Below, piece after piece: positions 13,292-25,622 of a DNA stretch of 64,000 nucleotides (position 1 is its first letter; every line of letters starts with the position of its first letter). The notes below the pieces were generated by a model. It was not told the origin of the DNA and did no database searches. It was given only the letters and a program-made list of their open reading frames with translations. A program made the translations under genes and the position numbers. The stretch comes from Phoronis australis (taxonomy: Eukaryota > Animalia > Phoronida): NCBI GenBank assembly GCA_002633005.1, contig NMRA01000027.1, positions 1,327,587-1,391,586 on the forward strand. Reading direction: 5' to 3'.

Positions 13292-13482
13292 TTTCCTTCA
13301 TGCGCGTCTGCGCACGTGCACGCTACGGTCGGACCATGAAGGCCAAGCGTCTATATTGAATCTACTCTTAAGAAACTATCTCCTGTTTAACCTGTTCGAC
13401 CAGGCTGACAAGCTCGTCTCAAAGTCCACGTTTCCTGACAATGCGTCAAACAACGAGTGTGCACGATTTCTGTATTATATGG
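13292..13482 (+). CDS. PSMD3: PSMD3 exon 5
   Basis: [63 protein letters not shown](G), then GTAAG donor. Confidence 0.95.
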
Positions 13483-14738
13483 GTAAGTTCTGGAGGATGG
13501 GTTCTGGTGGGTGGTTCTGGTGGATGGGTTCTGGTGGGTAGTTCGACTATATTGCCATGATACACTGATTTCCTGATTACAGAGAATACTTCAGTTGTTT
13601 TGAGTATTGTGGTAGTAAACTGTCAAGAAATTAATTTGTCTTTTTGTGTGTGTGGTTTAAAATGATTTAATCGACAGCCACTATGGGATTTACATTTGTG
13701 ATGTTGACAAGGTACCTAAACTGCACAGTTAACGGACTGTAAAACACCGTGTTGGACACAAAATCATGACTCACCTACCTGCAAATACTGTTCACTGACT
13801 CAAGTACACAAATCACTCGTCGAAGAAGCATGTTGACGGGCTCACATTCACTTAGAAGCACAACACACATACAGACTGCCAAACATGCTTCACTCTGATA
13901 AAGCATGATGAATACACGGTCACGGATTCATCGGCTTCCATTGTAAGTAGTGCGAAGTAGTGATTTTTACTACGCAGATAGGAGTTTGATCAACCGTCAT
14001 GTATGTGATTTTAGTACAAAAATACAATTAGAACTAACTGGCCTGGAACATGCTTTAAATCACAGGCAGATAAGGTTGATTGCCAAGTCATTCCACAGCA
14101 TTCACAAAAAACATTTTCCAACGCGGTGAGAGATGAATGAGAATGTGATGAATCATGGTATTCTTTTTCTAAACTACGTTTAGCCTGGCTGGTAAAACGT
14201 TGAGGCGTTGAAAAACGCTTTCTTGGAGAAGATCCAAAAGGTGAAATTGGCAAAAGAGCGAGTTCAGACGATGCATTTCATTTTAAGGAAAGCAAGATGC
14301 GGGAGTCGCTAGTCACGATGTCAATATTGAGACTTGATACAAAAAGATTTTGTACCCCAATAAATTGTAGGTTAAATAGGCAGTTTAAATGTTTATTGTT
14401 TCACAACAATTACAGCACATTGCAGACAAACATATGATCAAAATTACGTTTTATCTCCCCACCCATTTCACAGTTGTCGAAGCCGATTTCTAAATTTTAT
14501 CCGTAAACTGTGTTTAGCGGTCTGTGTGTTTTTAGGTGGATGTGAGTCCGTGGCCGTGTTTTTCGGGTGAATGACTTGGTTGTGTGAGTCTGATACTGTG
14601 TAGTTTAGTCAGTGAATGGTATTTTGCAGTCCGTTAGCAATGTACCTCAGTTGAGGGCAAAAGAACTTACTTTTTCACAATAATCATGGTGTGTTTGATT
14701 CTCAGAGAGGTGGTGTGCATGCAGCTGTCGTTTTCCTA

Positions 14739-14968
14739 GCTATGCAGTGTGCTGTGTGGTATTTGTTGTATGTGTGACTGATTAGCTATGCAGTTTGCTG
14801 TGTGGTATTTGTTGTATGTGTGACTGATTAGCTATGCAGTTTGCTGTGTGGTTTTTGTTGTATGTGTGACTGATTAGCTATGCAGTTTGCTGTGTGGTAT
14901 TTGTTGTATGTGTGACTGATTAGCTATGCAGTTTGCTGTGTGGTATATGTTGTATATGTGACTGATAA
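14739..14968 (+). repeat. 46-bp minisatellite, 5 copies (a single unit in the duplicate block near 16702)
   Basis: Unit GCTATGCAGTTTGCTGTGTGGTATTTGTTGTATGTGTGACTGATTA at 14739, 14785, 14831, 14877 and 14923. Confidence 0.92.
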
Positions 14969-15427
14969 TGTGCTGAAATACCAACATTTGACAGCTTGGT
15001 TGGAACTTCGGTTTTAATCTCGCATGAATATTTTTGCTTCTAACTTTTGAAACTTGAAGCAAAATGGAGAAGTTTAAAAAAAACTAACGGCAAATGCTTA
15101 CAAGCACTTAATCTGCGCTTTATTGCTTCGTTAAAGTGAAAAATTTACACGTACAATTTGCCTCTAAGCATGTATTAAATTTGAACTTCGGAGTAGGATA
15201 ACATTGGGTCATTGTTTTGAGCAAGCTTTGTAGGAATATTGAAAGTAGCTCAGAGGTTGGATGAAAACTGTTACATGAAACTTCCTAAAACTGCTCTTGA
15301 GCTGGTGATGTTATATCATATTTACAATCTACACACATTTTGTGCCAGTGTATATTGGCTTGAGATTGGTGTCGGCTGATGGTGGACCTGTTGTCATGCC
15401 GAGTAAGGTGTTCAATTACATTTTCAG

Positions 15428-15531
15428 GTCGAATCAAAGCTATACAGTTAGATTACACAGAGGCACACAAAAACCTTCTTCAGGCCATCAGGAAAGCACC
15501 ACAGCATTCTGCTGTAGGGTTTAAGCAAACT
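15428..15531 (+). CDS. PSMD3: PSMD3 exon 6, copy A
   Basis: TTTTCAG acceptor; (G)[34 protein letters not shown], then GTAAGT donor; 104 nt. Confidence 0.85.
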
Positions 15532-15692
15532 GTAAGTGGGCTCCTCTACTTCCTTCTGAAGTAGATAGCATTTTTGTTATTCTGATGATTTGTTTCAGGG
15601 AAAATTCCATTTTCTAAGACAAAAATAATACTCTTCATGAAACCATACTCCATATGAAAACTAGTTTTGTCTCATAGCTTATTCAAAAAATT

Positions 15693-15938
15693 CAGGGCTT
15701 GAAATTTTCCTCTTTTAAAATGATTTCCTCTTTTTGGTTTCGGATATCCTCTTATTTGATTTCCAGTTTCCTCTATTTTCGTCTCTGTCATCATTATTTT
15801 GACTTTATTCGTGCAAAAATATTTATTTTTGTTAAATCTTGCAACACAAAATAAAGTATTTCTGTCATACCAGCATATCTATTTGTGGAACGATGCATCA
15901 CCTGGAAAATTTTTTGTCACTGGTTATTCCAAGCCCTG
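15693..15938. mobile_element. ~246-bp MITE with CAGGGCTTG termini (duplicate at 17473-17718)
   Basis: CAGGGCTTGAAAT ... ATTCCAAGCCCTG inverted termini; flanks AAAATT and GAAATT form an imperfect TSD. Confidence 0.5.
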
Positions 15939-17208
15939 GAAATTCTACCTCTTATAAATCTCATGTAAATTGCCATTATAATTTGGAACAAAATTCTTGC
16001 CTTCCAAATCTATNTAAATCACAGGCAGATAAGGTTGATTGCCAAGTCATTCCACAGCATTCACAAAAAAAACATTTTCCAACGTGGTGAGAGATGAATG
16101 AGAATGTGATGAATCATGGTATTCTTTTTCTAAACTACGTTTAGCCTGGCTGGTAAAACGTTGAGGCGTTGAAAAACGCTTTCTTGGAGAAGATCCAAAA
16201 GGTGAAATTGGCGAAAGAGCGAGTTCAGACGATGCATTTCATTTTAAAGAAAGCAAGATGCGGAAGTCGCTAGTCACGATGTCAATATTGAGACTTGATA
16301 CAAAAAGATTTTGTACCCCAATAAATTGTAGGTTAAATAGGCAGTTTAAATGTTTATTGTTTCTAATTCACAACAATTACAGCACATTGCATATGATCAA
16401 AATTACGTTTTATCTCCCACCCATTTCACAGTTGTCGAAGCCGATTTCTACATTTTATCCGTAAACTGTGTTTAGGTGTCTGTGTGTTGGGTTTTTAGGT
16501 GAATGTGAGTCCGTGGCCGTGTTTTTCGGGTGAATGACTTGGTTGTGTGAGTCTGATACTGTGTAGTTTAGTCAGTGAATGGTATTTTGCAGTCCGTTAG
16601 CAATGTACCTCGGTTGAGGGCAAAAGCACTTATTTTTTCACAATAATCATGGTGTGTTTGATTCTCAGAGAGGTGGTGTGCATGCAGCTGTCGTTTTCCT
16701 AGCTATGCAGTTTGCTGTGTGGTATTTGTTGTATATGTGACTGATAATGTGCTGAAATACCAACATTTGACAGCTTGGTTGGAACTTCGGTTTTAATCTC
16801 GCATGAATATTTTTGCTTCTAACTTTTGAAACTTGAAGCAAAATGGAGAAGTTTAAAAAAACTAACGGCAAATGCTTACAAGCACTTAATCTGCGCTTTA
16901 TTGCTTTGTTAAAGTGAAAAATTTACACGTACAATTTGCCTCTAAGCATGTATTAAATTTGAACTTCGGAGTAGGATAATATTGGGTCATTGTTTTGAGC
17001 AAGCTTTGTAGGAATATTGAAAGTAGCTCAGAGGTTGGATGAAAACTGTTACATGAAACTTCCTAAAACTGCTCTTGAGCTGGTGATGTTATAATATCAT
17101 ATTTACAATCTACACACATTTTGTGCCAGTGTATATTGGCTTGAGATTGGTGTCGGCTGATGGTGGACCTGTTGTCATGCCGAGTAAGGTGTTCAATTAC
17201 ATTTTCAG

Positions 17209-17312
17209 GTCGAATCAAAGCTATACAGTTAGATTACACAGAGGCACACAAAAACCTTCTTCAGGCCATCAGGAAAGCACCACAGCATTCTGCTGTAGGG
17301 TTTAAGCAAACT
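17209..17312 (+). CDS. PSMD3: PSMD3 exon 6, copy B (identical to copy A)
   Basis: Same 104-nt exon with the same splice sites, inside the second duplicated block. Confidence 0.85.
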
Positions 17313-17980
17313 GTAAGTGGGCTCCTCTACTTCCTTCTGAAGTAGATAGCATTTTGTTATTCTGATGATTTGTTTCAGGGGAAATTCCATTTTCTAAGAC
17401 AAAAATAATACTCTTCATGAAACCATACTCCATATGAAAACTAGTTTTGTCTCATAGCTTATTCAAAAAATTCAGGGCTTGAAATTTTCCTCTTTTAAAA
17501 TGATTTCCTCTTTTTGGTTTCGGATATCCTCTTATTTGATTTCCAGTTTCCTCTATTTTCGTCTCTGTCATCATTATTTTGACTTTATTCGTGCAAAAAT
17601 ATTTATTTTTGTTAAATCTTGCAACACAAAATAAAGTATTTCTGTCATACCAGCATATCTATTTGTGGAACGATGCATCACCTGGAAAATTTTTTGTCAC
17701 TGGTTATTCCAAGCCCTGGAAATTCTACCTCTTATAAATCTCATGTAAATTGCCATTATAATTTGGAACAAAATTCTTGCCTTCCAAATCTATTGTCAAA
17801 AAAATCATGAAGTGAAAATAATTTCCCTTTTATTTGTGAGACAAAATAGAAGATACAAGTTACATTATTTGTCACAGAAAACCGTATTTTTATGCAAATT
17901 TATTTTTTAGTAATAGACATAGATTCGAACACATTGAGATTAGTAGCTTCACATTAATGACTGTCATTATTCACTCACAG

Positions 17981-18095
17981 GTTCAGAAGCTAGCCGTGGT
18001 CGTTGAGCTTCTGCTGGGTGATATTCCAGACAGAGCCCTCTTTAGGAATCCAGCGTACAGCAGAACCTTAGCACCGTATTTTCAACTCACTCAAG
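17981..18095 (+). CDS. PSMD3: PSMD3 exon 7
   Basis: CACAG acceptor; [38 protein letters not shown], then GTACT donor. Confidence 0.95.
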
Positions 18096-18360
18096 GTACT
18101 GTCGTCAACTCTGTTTGAATCATCAATCATAAGACTAGTCTCTCCAGCGGGTGCAAACAATTCTACAGAATGCCAGCCATGCCACATTGGGTTTAACACG
18201 CTTTGGTATTTGTTTTGTTCAGGTGTTGAAGGTGTACACTTGCAGTAGGATGTGCTACGTATAGAAAAAATGTTAATGGCTCTGTTAGACAAATTTTCAG
18301 AACTGTTTCTCTGCACTCCAATTTCAGGTATCTGGTATCTGTGATGACAGTGTGGGGATT

Positions 18361-18485
18361 ACTGTTATTACCTAGTATTAAGGCAACTGTTATTACCTAG
18401 TATTAAGGCAACTGTTATTACCTAGTATTAAGGCAACTGTTATTACCTAGTATTAAGGCAACTGTTATTACCTAGTATTAAGGCA
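18361..18485 (+). repeat. Perfect 25-bp minisatellite, 5 copies (ACTGTTATTACCTAGTATTAAGGCA)
   Basis: Read directly from the sequence. Confidence 0.95.
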
Positions 18486-18844
18486 TCATTTTAAGTCTAG
18501 GATTTTGGATTGGTTAAATCTTAGTATCAGTTATAGTTTAGGCTCAGTTAATTCCTGTCCTCCCAAGACCATGGAAGTTTAGCAAAGTTATGTGTGCTTG
18601 AAGGGGATTGAGTTGTGACTTGAAGAAATGTGAATTAGGCATCTTGAGAGCACTTCAAGTCCTTGGGTGGTTACGCTTAAGTTAATATAATCATGAGATA
18701 GTCTTCCTAGGACAGAGTCCGTAGCAAAAGTAGAGAATTTGTAACTGTGCATGTATATTCCACAAACAAATGCTCAGGAATGCTTGATTTTGCAAAATCC
18801 TATTATTTCCCTGTCTTCATGAACTCTGTTGGTCTTTTATCCAG

Positions 18845-19068
18845 CCGTCAGAACTGGTAATCTGGGCAAGTTCAATGAGGTCCTGGAGAACTTTGGCCAA
18901 AAGTTCATAGCCGAGAACACGTACAAGCTCATCATTCGACTAAGGCATAACGTGATTAAGACGGGCATCCGCATGATCAACGTATCGTACTCTCGCATTT
19001 CGCTAGTGGATGTGGCTCGGAAACTACAGTTGGACAGTCCCGAGGATGCAGAGTTCATCCTAGCCAAG
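18845..19068 (+). CDS. PSMD3: PSMD3 exon 8 (PCI domain)
   Basis: [21 protein letters not shown]...[47 protein letters not shown], then GT donor. Confidence 0.97.
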
Positions 19069-20235
19069 GTCGGTACACTTGGGGATGTGGAACTTAGTTG
19101 GGGTTGGTGTGGATTTTGTTGGTGCCATTGATTTACCTTGATTAATGTAGCAAGTTGTCGCGATGGTCAATGTGGCATTGATTACGGTGGCCTATCTCAT
19201 TATCTCGGACCATTCCACACACGGCAACACCTAGTGATATTTCTCAAGTGATTTTGACCTGTTCAAATACAAAGTGCGATTCTTCTTATTTGCTCTCACC
19301 AGTCCACCACCTGAAGTACCTGGTGGCATTTCATGGTTTTTGACTAACTCATATGTACAAGCTAAGGCGAGACCATGTGAAAGGAACTGCTCTCACTGAC
19401 AAGGAGACAGAAATAGTGCAGTCTCCTGATTAACTCTGCCCAAGTAAAAAAGGTTTGTGCAGTGTCCAACAAGAAAACGCCCAACTTGCACTTGGCGAGT
19501 TGGGTAAAATCTCACCTAGACATTTTGAATTTGATGTCGCCAATTTTTTTAGTACCACGGACGTCTGATAGCTGTCGCTTGCCATGCGCCTGATTGAGAT
19601 GCCAAAACTGTCACGCTGTAGGTCCCGACCAATAAACAGCAAAGGGCAAAAAACGAGTCTGTACAGTGAAAAACTTGGGGATTTTTTTGATGTAGTATTA
19701 CTTATTCATAACTCTAAACGCTGCAGTTTTCATGGTCATTGTCATGGAAAGCAGACGAGGTAACCACAGACTCTCAAATCTCACTTTGCCGAAGTTCACA
19801 ACCTCTAGGTAGTTGCTCGCTTGCCTGTGTAGGAGGCGCTGTTTGAGAGTGTTATTTTTCGAACACGTGGATAAATGAGATCGACATATGGCGACAATAG
19901 TTGACCAGTGCTCAGCACTTTTCGGTTGTTTTTTGTTACTATTCTGTTAATGCGTGTTAGCCAGTAATGACCCGGCTGATGTGGTTTTGCTTTTGTGATA
20001 ACGGCATTGTCATAAATTGAGGTTGAGTTTGGCGAGTTGAGGACCGAAAAACTGAAACCTTATTTGGTAAGTAAGTCTGGAGCTCAGGTGGCTGGTACTG
20101 GCCAGATTAGAGCCTGTTTGTGTTGCAACCACCGCAGTTTGTGTTGTAGGCGATGTTGCTAATTGTGTGTTTGGTGTTTTAGCTTTCACCAAGCTTGAAT
20201 CAACCTCCACTAACCATCTGTTGCTATCTTTGCAG

Positions 20236-20391
20236 GCTATCCGTGATGGTGTGATAGAGGCCACAATCGACCATGAACAAGGCTTTGTGCAGTCAAAGGA
20301 GAACATAGATGTGTACCGCACAAAGGAGCCTATGATGGCATTCCATCAGCGAATCGCCTTCTGTCTGGACATGCACAACCAGTCAGTCAAG
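20236..20391 (+). CDS. PSMD3: PSMD3 exon 9
   Basis: TTGCAG acceptor; [52 protein letters not shown], then GTGGGT donor. Confidence 0.97.
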
Positions 20392-20597
20392 GTGGGTCGT
20401 GGTTCCTGGCAGGATTTTGTGGAGGAAGATAGTGGATGGTTGACTGGCTTATGTGCTCTATGGTCAACCATGATGTTAATTGTCAATTGGAAAAACACCT
20501 AATTCAGTCATTGATTTTATAGTGTTTCTCGAAAGGAGCTGTTAATATAGAGCTATTGCAATCTTTGTGGACAAAAGTGTTTTGTACCTGTCCATTA

Positions 20598-21991
20598 CAC
20601 GGGTGAGAAACAACATGACCGCCGGTCCTCTAAATCGGAGTGACTCACCCAAAACGGGACTTCCTCGGATTAAATGGGACTGCCACACCAGAAAATGGGA
20701 CTGATGCACCTAAAAGCATGACCGCCCCATCACAAAACAAGACCGCCGGCCTCTGTATGATACTGCGGGTTATTACGTAACCGGTCAGCTAGCTGTGTAA
20801 AGACTCTGGAAATAAAGCTTGGTAGCAATGCGTTATTGAGCTTTGTTTCATCCCCAAAATTTCCCACAGCCTGGGTACAGTTCTGCTTGTCACCTCGTCG
20901 TGAAACTTATATCAACATGTAGAGCTAGCGAGCGGAGCAGGCGCATGCAAAATCTAGGAGTCAATCAACACTCACCTTGCAGGTTGCAGCCGCTTGAGTG
21001 AAAAATGAACGTCATTTGTTTGTAACAAAAAAAGTTTGTCGCGCTCGTGACATGAGCACGCGCCATTTCCTAAAATTTTGCGACATATTTCGGAAGATGA
21101 TGACTCAACTTCGCAGCAGCACGATTTGTTCTGAAATTCGGTTTGCTGGTATTAAAATACTAAAAACTTATGACGAAATGAAACCAGTTCCGATGATTTG
21201 TTGTGCCATGTACGCAACCTTGTAGAAGAGAAGAAGAGCTGACTGAAGAATCGGTGAAAAAAGGAACTGGTCAATGTAAGCCGACCTAAAAGAACGCGTT
21301 TCAATTTTAGCAGCAGAATAATGACAGAACGACAATTTTTCCCGGCGAGCGCCGATAAAATAAATTAGTTTACTCAAGGAAGAGTGTCATTAATAACACT
21401 ATTTCGGTGAAGATTTTATATGCTCAGTGTTTTACCCACATCGGCGCCAAGCTGTATATTTAGTATACTGCTTTGCCGCACAAAGGCTTCACCCGAGAAC
21501 CAGAACGCCCGTTTTTTTTTGTTTTTTTTCTTGACTAAATCGTCAAATTGGAGAAAAAGATTTTCATTTTGTTCTAAAACTTGCGCAGTGGATAAAGTTA
21601 TAATTATTTAGCTCTAAAGCGTGCAACGTGGTTGGGTTTGTGGTTAAAACTCAAAAGCACCGCGTGTTAAAAAGCGAAGTGTCCTGTAGCGCACAAAAGA
21701 TTACGTTGGCTTAATTGGCACAAGACCTGCATGTGCATACGTATATAGCTTCATTGTATGATCTGTGTAGGCCTACCGGTAATAAATCTTAGCTTGCTTA
21801 TCATTGCGGTTTCAATCCCCGGCGGTCATGTTCAGTCCTCGGCGGTCCTGTTTTCTGGTGGGGCGGTCATGTTTTTAGGTGCGTCAGTCCTATTTTCTGG
21901 TGCGGCGGTCCCATTTGATCCCCGGAGGTCCTGTTTTGGGTGAGTCGGTCCGATTTAAGAGGACCGGCGGTCATGTTGTTTCGCACCCGTG
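20598..21991. mobile_element. 1.39-kb non-autonomous DNA transposon with CAC termini and 5-bp TSD (Transib- or hAT5-like) in PSMD3 intron 9
   Basis: ~150-bp imperfect TIRs starting CACGGGTG(A/C)GAAACAACATGACCGCCGGTCCTC; TSD CATTA at 20593-20597 and 21992-21996. Confidence 0.85.
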
Positions 21992-22170
21992 CATTAGTTC
22001 ATGAGAACTTCTGTCTTGTGAACCATATGTGCTGGGCATAGAGTATTTTCAGTGTTATTGCAGACTACTCAGAACAGGGTTCTGGACTTTGAGGAAAGTA
22101 GAACAAAATTAGTTTAAATTGGATTGGGTGATTTTTGGAACACCCCTTATATTTTCTTTTGTTTTCACAG

Positions 22171-22299
22171 GCTATGAGGTTCCCTCCAAAGTCGTACAAT
22201 AAAGAGTTAGAATCTGCTGAAGACAGGAGGGAACGAGAACAGCAGGAGCTAGAAAGTGCAAAGGAAATTGCAGACGAGGACTTTGATGGCTTCCCATAG
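22171..22299 (+). CDS. PSMD3: PSMD3 exon 10 (last)
   Basis: [42 protein letters not shown]-stop, the Rpn3 C-terminus; joined CDS is 1506 nt. Confidence 0.97.
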   Translation, partial: AMRFPPKSYNKELESAEDRREREQQELESAKEIADEDFDGFP

Positions 22300-22813
22300 A
22301 TATCACTCATGCACGACGAGTGATGTGACGTAAAATTGCACTGGTTCGAAGGAAATAGGATAATTTATTACCTAGGCATGTTTGTGTTTTTGCTGGTTGG
22401 AAATGAGAGCGAAGGAAGGCATGGTTCCTTGCAAGGATTGGCGGCGCGTTAGTATCTGTCTTTGTGTCTGTGGTAATTCATAAATGGTGTAAGTGTATAC
22501 TGCACAATCTGACAGTTTCTGTATATACCTCAGGCGTCGGGGAGTTTGAGTTTACCTTGTGACAGTGCAGAGTTTGTGGTCATTAGTTAACATGTCTGGT
22601 AAGTCATGCTTGAAGTTGCAGCCGCTGAATGTGCTATGCTGGTCACAGACTCTGGAGATGTTGGGGAAATTCTCATAAATGTTACAGATTGCCAGAGCCT
22701 CACCTGATGCAAGTTACTCTGAAATGTAAAAAAATTACCTCTGTATTCATGTGCTGCAGATTGTACAGCAAGGTATTCCTTAAATTTTATATCGTTGTTT
22801 CACTTGGTATATA

Positions 22814-22819
22814 AATAAA
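22814..22819 (+). terminator. Candidate PSMD3 polyadenylation signal AATAAA
   Basis: AATAAA about 515 nt after the stop codon, followed by a GT-rich tract (GTTGTTTTGT). Confidence 0.55.
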
Positions 22820-25622
22820 ATTCATAATTGCCAGTTGTTTTGTCACATGCTAGTGTTAATGCACTAAGAGACAAAAGTAATCAAAGCACTGTTGCCGTGG
22901 TAACAGTTAATAACAAAATTTACTGGTGGTAACTGTGAAGGCAGCAAAGTTCTAATAACAGAATGTCTGCGGTATTACTACCTTCCTAGTTAAATCCTCT
23001 TCATTCTCGGTAGTCAGGGGCGACTACTTTGATGATGAATTCGGCTTCTGCCCAGCCATCTTGACAGTGAATTACTGGTCATTTTGTCTGAATACATTTG
23101 GGGTGTATTATATGTTGACACTTCGTTCTTGTTCATAAGTTACCAGCTACTGAGGAAGCATTCTATTCATGACAGTGGAGGAGGGGATACAAACCGGGGT
23201 TAATGTTTTCCCATGGCCTTGTAAGTTGTCATCCCTTAAGGGATACTAATCTGTCAAGCGATACCTGTTTTAGGACCAAAAAACGTGTTTTTGGATTAAT
23301 GCTTGATGGATGTAATTCACAAAGCTTTGATCAGAGCTATGTAACAACAAAATGTGTTTGAAATTTTAATACAAATCACCTATTCTCGGAGTTGTCTGTC
23401 AGGCAAGCTGAAATCAAAGCTGATGATTTAGGGAGTTAAATAGGCCAAGGTTTGACAAGTCTATGTATTCACCAAATATCTGTAAAACTATAAATTTCAA
23501 CTTGGCAGAAGTATCTATTTTCTGAAAGTAGAAAGCTTGTGGAATTTGACATTTAATCGAGTTGACATTATTTAGGTCCTGTGACAATTATTTTTTCAGA
23601 AAAATTAGCAAAAAGCCAAGTATATTCATAGCAAAAGGTATCATTAACGTGATCAAATTTCATTTGAAATAAACGTTCAAGAAATCACAAAAATCTTGTT
23701 GCAGTTTTCTGGAATATTTGGTTATTGTTCTATGCATGAAAATCGTAACAATCCTGTTTTTGAGAACCCATGGTGCAATAGTGGAACGTGTTGAAAATTT
23801 CTAATGGCGTTTTGTTGGACAGTATCCAAAGGTTTCATATTAATTGGACCAGCTGTTTGAGATATGGTATTCCAAAGTTGTCTAAATTTGAACATTTTCG
23901 AAGGATTCTGCACTATGTCTGCCGTTTATAGAGAGAGAGTTTTAGCTTTATCAGTACCGTGTTGAACTGCAGTAATTGCAGGTTCAAATTTGCACCAACT
24001 CATTTCTGAAAAAACTTCTCTCTAGGATTGTGCCCTTTAAGAATAATTGAATTCAGTTAGTTTGTAAGAGGTGTGTTGTTGGTTAATGACTATCAGGAAA
24101 ATGTCAAAATTTGACCGCAAACACATTCTGCTGGAATTTCCACTTGTGCCTCTAACGCATCATTTCTTGTTGAAGTCATTAGAGTGAGGACAGTTCTTAA
24201 GAAAATAAACACGGGCGTGCATGTGTTCAAATATCTGGTCCAAACGAGACTAATATTTCTCTGTACCATTATTGTATTGTTTTAGATTCTATTTTCGCCG
24301 GATGACTTTCAAATGGGTACTTTCTTGTGAGTGAAATGCTTATTTTAATTGATTTTGTAAAGACTTATTAAAGTATGACGACCAGCACCTGAAGACATTC
24401 ACACCAGCAGAGATGCAAATGTTGGTCTAAAGAACCACTTAGTGGATCGATTCTTAGATGGGAAGGAACAGAAAGTGTGTCCAGCAGTTTCAAATGCTTG
24501 ATCAACAAGCAGAAAATGAACTGTGATGATGATCTTTTTCTTATGGAAGACTTTCTTACAACACAAAACATCAGTGACAGCGAAGACACTTGCACTACGT
24601 TGCAGAATGAAGCCTGTTTCTCTAGATGCCCCAAAAATCTATCGCACTGAGAAACAAAAGTTCGTACATTCTGCTATCAGAATTAGTATCACTTGTGAAC
24701 AAAAAATAGGCCGTTGCGGATACCTTCTCAAGGAAAAAACAAAATAAAATGTAACCGGTACGTTTTTCATAGAGTATTTTTAACTTTGTGATTATATAAT
24801 ATCTGGATTCTTCTTTAAGAAGTTTGACATCTCTTAGAAAGAATTAATGTTGAACAAGTTAATAAACAATAATATTCGATTTCAGTGTTTGATTGGCAAC
24901 AGTTCTCATAAAAAATTAACGCAGTCTTGAAATCCTGGGCAATTGGTCCAACTGCTGACCTTTAAAGTCCTTGTTGCAAACTGCCCATGTGGTTCCAGTA
25001 TCCGAAAATACTTACTACATAAATTCTTATTTTCGACACCCTTTCTTTATATTCTTTTCGCCTTTCTTGCCAAAAGCGATTTTGTAACAGTATTTGACCC
25101 TTCTCTCTGAGCGTATGATTACCGGTTGCCATCGGTTATTTCCGTACCCACATTTCCGGCTCATCAGTTCAGGAACTTGTCCNNNNNNNNNNNNNNNNNN
25201 NNNNNNNNNNNNNNNNNNNNNNNNNNNNNNNNNNNNNNNNNNNNNNNNNNNNNNNNNNNNNNNNNNNNNNNNNNNNNNNNNNNNNNNNNNNNNNNNNNNN
25301 NNNNNNNNNNNNNNNNNNNNNNNNNNNNNNNNNNNNNNNNNNNNNNNNNNNNNNNNNNNNNNNNNNNNNNNNNNNNNNNNNNNNNNNNNNNNNNNNNNNN
25401 NNNNNNNNNNNNNNNNNNNNNNNNNNNNNNNNNNNNNNNNNNNNNNNNNNNNNNNNNNNNNNNNNNNNNNNNNNNNNNNNNNNNNNNNNNNNNNNNNNNN
25501 NNNNNNNNNNNNNNNNNNNNNNNNNNNNNNNNNNNNNNNNNNNNNNNNNNNNNNNNNNNNNNNNNNNNNNNNNNNNNNNNNNNNNNNNNNNNNNNNNNNN
25601 NNNNNNNNNNNNNNNNNNNNNN

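Larger units (their letters stand above)
14056..17793 (+). repeat. Near-identical tandem duplication (14056-16013 and 16015-17793) joined by a single N at 16014
   Basis: Both copies start TAAATCACAGGCAG and end CTTCCAAATCTAT; they differ by scattered SNPs/indels and by VNTR copy number. Confidence 0.95.

Noticed and set aside
14739-14968. Regular repeats as a CRISPR array (also 18361-18485)
   Set aside because: Head-to-tail units with no unique spacers, inside eukaryotic introns; these are minisatellites.
23240-24036. TTAA-flanked Kolobok-like element downstream of PSMD3
   Set aside because: The ends match only weakly, so the boundaries are not supportable.
25120-25182. Minus-strand CTGATGAG...GAAA as a hammerhead ribozyme (also CTGAAGA..GAAA at 21243)
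   Set aside because: Stem II closing pair and stems I/III could not be formed convincingly.
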